Assembly (NCBI GenBank): GCA_965204375.1
Contig: OZ241986.1
Coordinates: 4,960,001 to 5,024,000, forward strand
Source of the DNA: Candidatus Latescibacterota bacterium
GTDB lineage: Bacteria; Latescibacterota; UBA2968
Direction: 5' to 3'
Length of the DNA: 64,000 bases
Shown: positions 1 to 6,703 of the stretch, piece by piece
Layout of the letters: every line of letters begins with the position of its first letter
How positions within the stretch are numbered: position 1 is the first letter of the stretch
The notes under the pieces: model-generated
The model's database searches: none
The model's input: only the letters and a program-made list of their open reading frames with translations
What the model was told of the DNA's origin: nothing
Position numbers and translations under genes: made by a program

Positions 1-360
1 TGCCCCAACGATCTTGCGGCACAACACATCCTCATAAGCTGCATCGCGGTCGCCCATACACCGGAAAGCCATCACAGAGGGTCCCGAATGGGAATGTGAC
101 CCATTGAGCAAAATATGTCCCCTTGGAATCCCGACTGAATGCTCGACCATCTCCCGGATCCGATTGACCAGATCCGGTGCAAAACTGATCACATCAGCTC
201 CCACAATTGCGACCTGCGTCTTGCCGTCATCCAGTACCAGTGCCCTGGCGTACAACTCGTCGTGTATCGCCTCAGAGGGTCCTCCGCGCGCGGCAAATCC
301 ACACATTGAAATCCCCACTGGCGGCGTGATATTCACCTCTGAAATCCCTGCTTTTATCAT
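1..360 (-). CDS. Neutral/alkaline ceramidase N-terminal-like hydrolase (partial, runs off left edge)
   Basis: Not in ORF track. Hand translation from ATG at 360 (GGAG RBS upstream): MIKAGISEVNITPPVGISMCGFAAR...IHDELYARALVLDDG...ILLNGSHSHSGP, matching the ITPP..G.., HD.L.ARAL and H(T/S)HSGP motifs of this family. Confidence 0.7.
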   Translation of the reverse strand, partial: MIKAGISEVNITPPVGISMCGFAARGGPSEAIHDELYARALVLDDGKTQVAIVGADVISFAPDLVNRIREMVEHSVGIPRGHILLNGSHSHSGPSVMAFRCMGDRDAAYEDVLCRKIVGA

Positions 361-380
361 GTCATACTCCTTTCACACTT

Positions 381-1388
381 CTAAAACGCCCCTGTCCTCG
401 ACTCGTATTTTGTCGGTTTGCCCAATGTGCGCCCATCGCTCATAACCCAGTGTGCAACCCACGAGACGATTTTTTCAACGGGAACCCGCGGTGCGCCCAT
501 CTCCTCAAACAGCACCCCTGCATCACCCAATAGCGCTGTCTCGCGCTCTTCGCCTTCAAACACGGGATCAATATCAAAATGCTCGCCCAATTGCAAAGCC
601 AAATTGCGCACCGACAACACATCTCTACCCGTCATATTCACCACGCGTGCGGGACATGCACAAAACGGAAACATCCGCGCCAAATACGCATTCGCATCGC
701 CCTGCCAGATCTGATTGACATAGCCCATAGACAGATCAATAGGCGTCTCGGATTTAATCTTCTCGGCAATATCCAAAATGATGCCATAGCGCAACTCAGT
801 CGCGTAAAACAAACGCACAATTGCCAGAGGCGTTTGATTCTCTTTGCAATAAAACTCGGCAAGCCGTTCACCGCCCAGCCGGGACATGGCGTATTCGCCA
901 ATCGGATTGACAGCAGCATCCTCCTGAGCACCCGACCCTGTCACCGAAGCAAATTCGTAAACATTCCCAGAAGATACATAAACAATGCGAGAATCTGGAA
1001 ATTGTTGCATGACTTTTGCGGGTAATACCGCATTCATCGCCCAGATCAATGGCTCATTGCCTGTTGCCCCAAACTTATGTCCGGCCATTAAATAGAGATA
1101 CGGCACGCGAGGCAACCGCGCCAGCCCTTCATCGTCCAGCAAATCGCACTTGATCGTCGCAATACCCCGCGACTCCAGATCATCGCGATCCAGCGGATTG
1201 GAAAACCGCGACACGCCAATCACCTCATCTGCGCCAGCGCGCAGTAGCAACTCTGCCAAAGTCGGTCCCATCTTTCCCGCGATACCCAAAATCATCACGG
1301 GACCATCTAACTTTGACACAGCCTCGACCACTTCGGGCGATGGGGTCGTCATCTGATCGATCAATTCTTCTTCTGTTTTAATCACCAT
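381..1388 (-). CDS. NAD-dependent epimerase/dehydratase (extended SDR)
   Basis: GxxGxxG (GIAGKMG), SSGNVY and YxxS(R) motifs. Start moved to ATG 1388 behind GGAGAG. Confidence 0.85.
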   Translation of the reverse strand: MVIKTEEELIDQMTTPSPEVVEAVSKLDGPVMILGIAGKMGPTLAELLLRAGADEVIGVSRFSNPLDRDDLESRGIATIKCDLLDDEGLARLPRVPYLYLMAGHKFGATGNEPLIWAMNAVLPAKVMQQFPDSRIVYVSSGNVYEFASVTGSGAQEDAAVNPIGEYAMSRLGGERLAEFYCKENQTPLAIVRLFYATELRYGIILDIAEKIKSETPIDLSMGYVNQIWQGDANAYLARMFPFCACPARVVNMTGRDVLSVRNLALQLGEHFDIDPVFEGEERETALLGDAGVLFEEMGAPRVPVEKIVSWVAHWVMSDGRTLGKPTKYESRTGAF

Positions 1389-1415
1389 AGTCGTTCTCTC
1401 CCATGGATACACAGC

Positions 1416-1546
1416 CGAATCTACGAATCTACGAATCTACGAACCCCGCCCATCCTCCCAAAATCTGTGTGTATCTCCATTCGTCTATTCGTCTATTCGT
1501 CTATTCGTCTATTCGTCTATTCGTCTATTCGTCTATTCGTCTATTC
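1416..1546. repeat. Two opposed 8-bp tandem arrays: (CGAATCTA)x3 at 1416-1443 and (ATTCGTCT)x8 at 1479-1546
   Basis: Read directly. The units are imperfect reverse complements sharing ACGAAT/ATTCGT. Confidence 0.9.
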
Positions 1547-1617
1547 TCTTGACTTCTATCCCATCAAATAATAGGTTTGAGTCACAACCATAACGAACCT
1601 CAAACCACAACAGATTT

Positions 1618-3393
1618 ATGGCCTTTATCAAACAAATCTACGACCTGCTCGAAGGTCGCCGTCTCTTTATGGCATGCTGCATCGCCTGTGGACTTATTTT
1701 TGCATCGGCCAATCTCATCCCACCATTGCTCATCCGCAAACTCATCCAGTGGCTCACCGAAGCAAAACCCGCAGGGGACCTCATAGAAGTCAGCCTCTTA
1801 CTCCTTGGGATTTACCTGCTTCGCGGTGTCTCCCGTTATGGTTATGGCTTTTTTTCCCACGTCACTGCCTATCGCGTGATGCACGCACTTATGACGCGCG
1901 TGTACAAGCACCTGCAAAACCTATCCCATAGCTTTTTCAATCGGCAGCGCACCGGCAATCTCATGGCCCGATCCATCAACGATATCGAAGCCATCGAAGA
2001 CTTTATCGCACACGGCATACCCGAAACCGCGCTCGCCACGGTTATCCCCATATCCATGGTCGCCGTACTCTTTTACCTCAATCCGGAACTCGCCCTCATC
2101 GCCATATTGCCCATCCCGCTCACGGCATTTCTCGTATATCGCTATGTATCCAAAGTGCGTGCCATGTGGCATGCAGTACGCGAGCGGCTCTCTGAACTCG
2201 CCGCCCTCGTACAGGATAACATGTCGGGCATTGCCGTCATCAAATCATTTGCTCGCGAGCGGGAATGCGCCCGTCAGGTAACCCACCGCAGCGCCACCTT
2301 TCACGACCGCTTGATCAAAGCCAACACAGTCTCGCTCCTGCCCGCTGGCATCATCGAAGCCACAGGTGGACTGGGCATTGTACTCGTCATCTGGAGCGGT
2401 GGCAATATGGCCCTCAGCGACAGCATCTCGGTAGCTGATCTATTTGTCTTTATTGTCTATATGGGCCACATCTACCAGCCTTTTTTGCAACTGGCGTCTT
2501 TTAACGATGTATTGCAAAAAGCCGCCGCCAGCACAGACCGCGTTTTTCAACTCCTCGCTATCCGTCCGGAAATTACCGACGCGCCCGGTGTCACCGTGCC
2601 CAAAACCATCACATGGGATATCCATATCGACGCACTCACCTTTGGATATGATCCCAACACACCCGTCTTGCAAGACATCGACCTGCACATTGACGAAGGA
2701 GATATCCTCGCACTCGTCGGGCCCACGGGAGCGGGCAAATCAACCCTTGCCAACCTCTTGCCCCGATTTTATGACCCCCAACAGGGCGCGGTTCGCATTG
2801 GCGGATATGACCTGCGCGATCTACCCCTCTCTTTTGTGCGCCAAAATATCGCCTCAGTCCTTCAAGACGTCTTTTTATTTCACGGCACAGTATATGAAAA
2901 TCTGATCTTTGGTCGTCCAGATGCGACCGAACGCACAGTTCGAGAAGCCGCACAAGCAGCCAATGCCCATGCCTTTATTCGCGACCTGCCCAAAGGATAT
3001 GACACCGTGATTGGAGAACGAGGCGTGCGATTATCCGGCGGTGAAAAACAACGCCTCTCCATAGCCCGAGCACTGCTTAAAGACGCCCCCATACTCATCC
3101 TTGATGAAGCCACATCTTCTGTTGACGTTGAAACCGAAGCACTTATTCAAGAAGCCCTTTATCGCCTCACGCAAAATCGCACCACCCTCGTCATTGCCCA
3201 TCGCCTCTCCACTGTGCGCCGGTCGCCCACCATTGCTGTAATCGACGAAGGGCGCGTGGTCGAAACGGGCAACCACGGTTCCCTCATTGACCGAGATGGA
3301 CTCTATGCGCGCATGGTTCGGGCGCAAGACCTCACGCGCAATGGAGAAATACTATCGCGCATTGCAACCCGCGAGTCGCAGGTCGCGGATTAA
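1618..3393 (+). CDS. ABC exporter, fused permease/ATPase (MsbA/Sav1866-like)
   Basis: N-terminal TM domain, Walker A GPTGAGKS, signature LSGGEKQR, Walker B ILILDEATS, H-loop IAHRLS. Confidence 0.92.
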   Translation: MAFIKQIYDLLEGRRLFMACCIACGLIFASANLIPPLLIRKLIQWLTEAKPAGDLIEVSLLLLGIYLLRGVSRYGYGFFSHVTAYRVMHALMTRVYKHLQNLSHSFFNRQRTGNLMARSINDIEAIEDFIAHGIPETALATVIPISMVAVLFYLNPELALIAILPIPLTAFLVYRYVSKVRAMWHAVRERLSELAALVQDNMSGIAVIKSFARERECARQVTHRSATFHDRLIKANTVSLLPAGIIEATGGLGIVLVIWSGGNMALSDSISVADLFVFIVYMGHIYQPFLQLASFNDVLQKAAASTDRVFQLLAIRPEITDAPGVTVPKTITWDIHIDALTFGYDPNTPVLQDIDLHIDEGDILALVGPTGAGKSTLANLLPRFYDPQQGAVRIGGYDLRDLPLSFVRQNIASVLQDVFLFHGTVYENLIFGRPDATERTVREAAQAANAHAFIRDLPKGYDTVIGERGVRLSGGEKQRLSIARALLKDAPILILDEATSSVDVETEALIQEALYRLTQNRTTLVIAHRLSTVRRSPTIAVIDEGRVVETGNHGSLIDRDGLYARMVRAQDLTRNGEILSRIATRESQVAD

Positions 3394-3394
3394 A

Positions 3395-3458
3395 GCGGTG
3401 AGACGTAAGACACCCCGCCTCTTGCCTTTCTTCGTGTCCCTTCGTGTCCTTCGTGGAT
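3395..3458. repeat. Short intergenic repeats (GCGGTGAGACGTAAGAC and about 3x TTCGTGTCC)
   Basis: 3395-3411 matches the reverse complement of 56111-56127 at 16/17 positions. CTTCGTGTCC-type tandem at 3430-3458. Confidence 0.6.
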
Positions 3459-3468
3459 TACCTCCCGC

Positions 3469-4977
3469 CTATTGAATTTTCGCCCAATCGGGCATCACCC
3501 CGAGTTCAATACCCAGCACAACGCGACCAACAACAGCAATCGCAGCAGTAATCATCACCGCTCCTATCAAATTCAACCCTACGCCCACGCGCGCCATATC
3601 GCGCATCGCAATTCTATCCGTGCCAAACACAATTGCATTGGGCGGCGTAGCTACCGGCAACATAAACGCACAAGAACACGACAACGTGGCTGGAATCATC
3701 AGCAACAATGGATTGAGACCTACAGCCACAGATAACGCCGCCAAAACCGGAAGAAACATCTCTGCCGTTGCCGTATTGGAAGTCAACTCTGTCAAAAAAG
3801 TCATCATTACACACAAACCACCGACCAAAAATAGAGGATGCAAGCGCCCCATACCCTCTAACTGCTGCGCGCACCAGAGCGACAACCCCGACTCCTTAAA
3901 CCCACTTGCCAGAGCAAATCCACCGCCAATCAGCAACACAATATGCCAGGGCACGTTGCCAGCCGTTTGCCAATCCATCACTCTGGATTTCGCACCATCT
4001 CGCGCGGGTACGACAAATAAAATCAAAGCCATTGCCATAGCAACTGACCCATCGGTTATCAATCCGCCAGATTCGAAAAACTGAGACCAGCCCGGCAGCG
4101 TCCAATCGCCAATTTGAATGGGGCGTCTCGACAACCACAACAGCGCCAACAGCACAAAATCGGCCAGCACGATCTTCTCGGCAAATGACATTGGCCCCAA
4201 CTCGGCATATTGCGTTCGCACCACACTCAGATCAATATCATCGCCGCGACCGCGAATACCAAAAACGAGACAAAGCGCGCCCCACGCACAAACGAGCATC
4301 ACGCATGCCAGAGGCAGAGCAAACGCAAACCACGTCGCAAACGAAATCTCGGGAACCTCTGAAAAATGAATCGACAAAATCCTCACAAAAGACAAATTGG
4401 TCGGCGTACCCACAAGCGTTGCACTCCCACCAATTGAAGCCGCATAAGCCACCCCCAGAAACACCGCCGTGCCAAAAGAACCAGATGCCACACCCTGCTC
4501 TTCCATTCTAACCACAATAGCAAGTGCAATAGGCACCATCATCATCGTTGTTGCCGTATTGGAAATCCACATGGACAAAAACGCCGTTACCAGCATAAAA
4601 CCCGTCAGGATACACCGGGGACACCCTCCAAAAAGGAGCAGCAAGCGCAGGGCAATTCGCCGGTGTAAATTCCAGCGCTGCATGGCCAGTGCCACCATAA
4701 AACCACCGACAAACAAAAAGATAATGTGATTCAAATAAAGTGGCGCAACCTCTTGCCCGCTCATAATACCCAGCAGGGGAAACAGCACAACGGGCAACAG
4801 TGCCGTCGCAGCCAAAGGCACGGCCTCTGTCATCCACCAAACCGCCATCCAGCAGGCCACACCTGCCGTATGTGTTACCTCGGGATGTCCCGGCTTGAGG
4901 TCTCCAAAAACCGTGACACTCAGCCCAATTATCGGACCGAGCCACAGCCCCCAGCGTTCTATTTTTTTATTCAGCAT
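3469..4977 (-). CDS. SLC13/DASS family Na+-coupled anion (dicarboxylate/sulfate) symporter
   Basis: Two SNT motifs (ISNTAT, TSNTAT), GTPTN and ATPPNA loops, many TM helices. Confidence 0.9.
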   Translation of the reverse strand: MLNKKIERWGLWLGPIIGLSVTVFGDLKPGHPEVTHTAGVACWMAVWWMTEAVPLAATALLPVVLFPLLGIMSGQEVAPLYLNHIIFLFVGGFMVALAMQRWNLHRRIALRLLLLFGGCPRCILTGFMLVTAFLSMWISNTATTMMMVPIALAIVVRMEEQGVASGSFGTAVFLGVAYAASIGGSATLVGTPTNLSFVRILSIHFSEVPEISFATWFAFALPLACVMLVCAWGALCLVFGIRGRGDDIDLSVVRTQYAELGPMSFAEKIVLADFVLLALLWLSRRPIQIGDWTLPGWSQFFESGGLITDGSVAMAMALILFVVPARDGAKSRVMDWQTAGNVPWHIVLLIGGGFALASGFKESGLSLWCAQQLEGMGRLHPLFLVGGLCVMMTFLTELTSNTATAEMFLPVLAALSVAVGLNPLLLMIPATLSCSCAFMLPVATPPNAIVFGTDRIAMRDMARVGVGLNLIGAVMITAAIAVVGRVVLGIELGVMPDWAKIQ

Positions 4978-5133
4978 AGCTTCTCCATGGTCACATCTTT
5001 TAGAGATTCAACAATATATACCATAAAACAAAAAGTTAAAACTTGTTTGAGCCAACAAAAAATTGCACCTTTTGGGAACCTTTCCAACCCTTAAAAGTAA
5101 AAGAATATGCGACAAAGCGTGTCGCAAAAATAT

Positions 5134-5276
5134 CGGCGTTGACTCCTATACCCCGGCTGAGTCAACGCCGTTACTCTTTCTTGGAACTCTTTTCTGTACA
5201 AATGCGTCTAATCCGGTACCATGCAACATCCCTTGAGGCGTTGGTTATTCCCTCCCGACCGACGCCTCTTATTTTT
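5134..5276 (+). ncRNA. Candidate small RNA: hairpins with C-rich loops ending in a terminator
   Basis: Hairpin 5134-5170 (CGGCGTTGACTC/GAGTCAACGCCG). Hairpin 5235-5268 has a G-U pair on the + strand, loop TTATTCCCTCCCGA, then TTATTTTT. No clear promoter found. Confidence 0.35.
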
Positions 5277-5282
5277 ATAACT

Positions 5283-5306
5283 AAAAAAACTCCCCTCGGG
5301 GAGTTG
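5283..5306 (-). terminator. Intrinsic terminator after the sigma factor and small ORF
   Basis: Minus strand reads CAACTCCCCGAGGGGAG followed by T7. Confidence 0.75.
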
Positions 5307-5334
5307 ATATGCAGCGCCATTTCTGCTTATATCC

Positions 5335-5511
5335 TCACTTATTGGACTGCCAGCCAAGCGGAAACCGCCGCTCCTGCAAAATACGCCTGGCTTTATCTTT
5401 TTGTCCTTTCTCAATAAACCTGAGCAAAGACCGCACATCATCCGCGGTATAAACCCAATGCGTTTCATCGGGATTCAATCCATAACGCGGATCAACATAT
5501 TCTGTACGCAT
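5335..5511 (-). CDS. 58-aa small protein downstream of the sigma factor (below ORF-track cutoff)
   Basis: AAAGGAGG SD directly after the sigma stop, ATG at 5511, MRTEYVDPRYGLNPDETHWVYTADDVRSLLRFIEKGQKDKARRILQERRFPLGWQSNK*, followed by a terminator. Confidence 0.7.
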   Translation of the reverse strand: MRTEYVDPRYGLNPDETHWVYTADDVRSLLRFIEKGQKDKARRILQERRFPLGWQSNK

Positions 5512-5525
5512 ACAAACCTCCTTTC

Positions 5526-6365
5526 CTAATTATTATGCACATTCCGCACCAACAACCTCATATCGGGATGATGCCGCAGTTTTCGCAAAGCGTGAGCCTT
5601 AATTTGTCGCACGCGCTCGCGACTTAACTGAAACCGCATCCCAATCTCCAAAAGCGTCATTTGAGGCGCGCCATCCAGGCCAAAATACAGACAAATCACC
5701 TCTTTTTCGCGTGCATCGAGTAGATTCAGAGCCGATGCAATACCATCTTGAAGCGCGTTTTGAAACAAAGAGGCATCTGCTCCTGCTTGTGGATCTGACA
5801 ATTTTTCTTTCAGACAGAAGCTATCATCGGGGTGAAAGGGCATATCCAAAGACATAATAGGCTGCATATCGCTGAGCAAATCAGCCACATTTTCGCGCGT
5901 CAAATTAAAAGCCATTGCAATATCCCCCTGGGGGTCATCGCGGGGTTCTTGCTCTGAAAATCGGACAATTTTACGCAAAAGCTCAACGCGGCTGGCCGGC
6001 AGACGAATAGTGCGGGCGTGTTGCGCGATAGCCTGCTGGATCGACTGGCGTATCCACCAAACAGCATACGTGATAAACCGAAATCCCTTTTCTTCATCAA
6101 ACCGCTCCGCGGCCTTAATCAAACCCAAATTGCCAGCACCGATCAAATCGCTCATGGGCAGGCCCAAATTTTGATACCCTTTGGCCACGCGCATCACAAA
6201 GCGCAAATTGGCAACCACCAACCGGTTCCGCGCCTCTAAATCACCCTGTTTGATCTGCACAGCCAATTCGCGTTCTTTTTCGGGGGAGAGGGGTGTGCAA
6301 GCGGCCAGATCCGCCGTATAAGCATGCAACAAATCCATCGTGCGATCTGCCGAAACGGAAACCAT
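5526..6365 (-). CDS. RNA polymerase sigma-70 family factor (RpoD/SigA-like, no region 1.1)
   Basis: Region 2 (NLRFV..VAK.Y, DLIGAGNLGLIKAAERFD, FITYAVWWIRQ) and region 4 (SRERVRQI). Start at ATG 6365 behind AGGAGGAG. Confidence 0.9.
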   Translation of the reverse strand: MVSVSADRTMDLLHAYTADLAACTPLSPEKERELAVQIKQGDLEARNRLVVANLRFVMRVAKGYQNLGLPMSDLIGAGNLGLIKAAERFDEEKGFRFITYAVWWIRQSIQQAIAQHARTIRLPASRVELLRKIVRFSEQEPRDDPQGDIAMAFNLTRENVADLLSDMQPIMSLDMPFHPDDSFCLKEKLSDPQAGADASLFQNALQDGIASALNLLDAREKEVICLYFGLDGAPQMTLLEIGMRFQLSRERVRQIKAHALRKLRHHPDMRLLVRNVHNN

Positions 6366-6479
6366 CTTCTCCTCCTGTGAGTGAATAACGCAATATCTGG
6401 CACGAAAATACGCACAGGATGTTACAACCGCGTTTCTGTCAAGTGACAATCGCGTGGAGCATGTTCTATTTTATTTATA

Positions 6480-6573
6480 AACAAAAAAGCCTTTGAGGGT
6501 TCCCTCCCGACACCCTCAAAGGTTTGTAAGTCTGCTATAAAAGCAAAATAAATTCCAAAAATAACCCTGTCAA
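6480..6573 (-). ncRNA. Promoter plus ~58-nt terminated hairpin RNA or attenuating leader upstream of the sigma gene
   Basis: TTGACA (6573-6568), 17 bp, TATTTT (6550-6545). Hairpin CCTTTGAGGGT/ACCCTCAAAGG with loop GTCGGGAGGGA, then a T-tract. Transcribed strand is ambiguous because the + strand also has GTGACA-N18-TATTTT. Confidence 0.45.
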
Positions 6574-6686
6574 CAAAAAAAGCGGGCTGCCAACAGCACT
6601 CTATTTATCGGGAGGGAGGAAATAAACAGACATGCTGAGGCAACCCGCTGTATATAAAACATACCCAACTACAAAAACAACGTCAA
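6574..6686 (-). ncRNA. Promoter plus ~78-nt hairpin small RNA candidate with a C-rich loop
   Basis: TTGACG (6686-6681), 17 bp, TATGTT (6663-6658). Long stem AGCGGGTTGCC...GGCAGCCCGCT with G-U pairs on the minus strand, loop TTCCTCCCTCCCG, then T7. Confidence 0.5.
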
Positions 6687-6703
6687 GAGTATAAAAAAAA
6701 TTA

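Noticed and set aside
1479-1546. Possible CRISPR array
   Set aside because: 8-bp units are directly adjacent with no spacers, and there are no cas genes in the window.
5043-5468. Track ORFs 5043..5417 (+) and 5208..5468 (-)
   Set aside because: No RBS, they run through terminator hairpins, and the 5511-5335 frame has much better translation signals.
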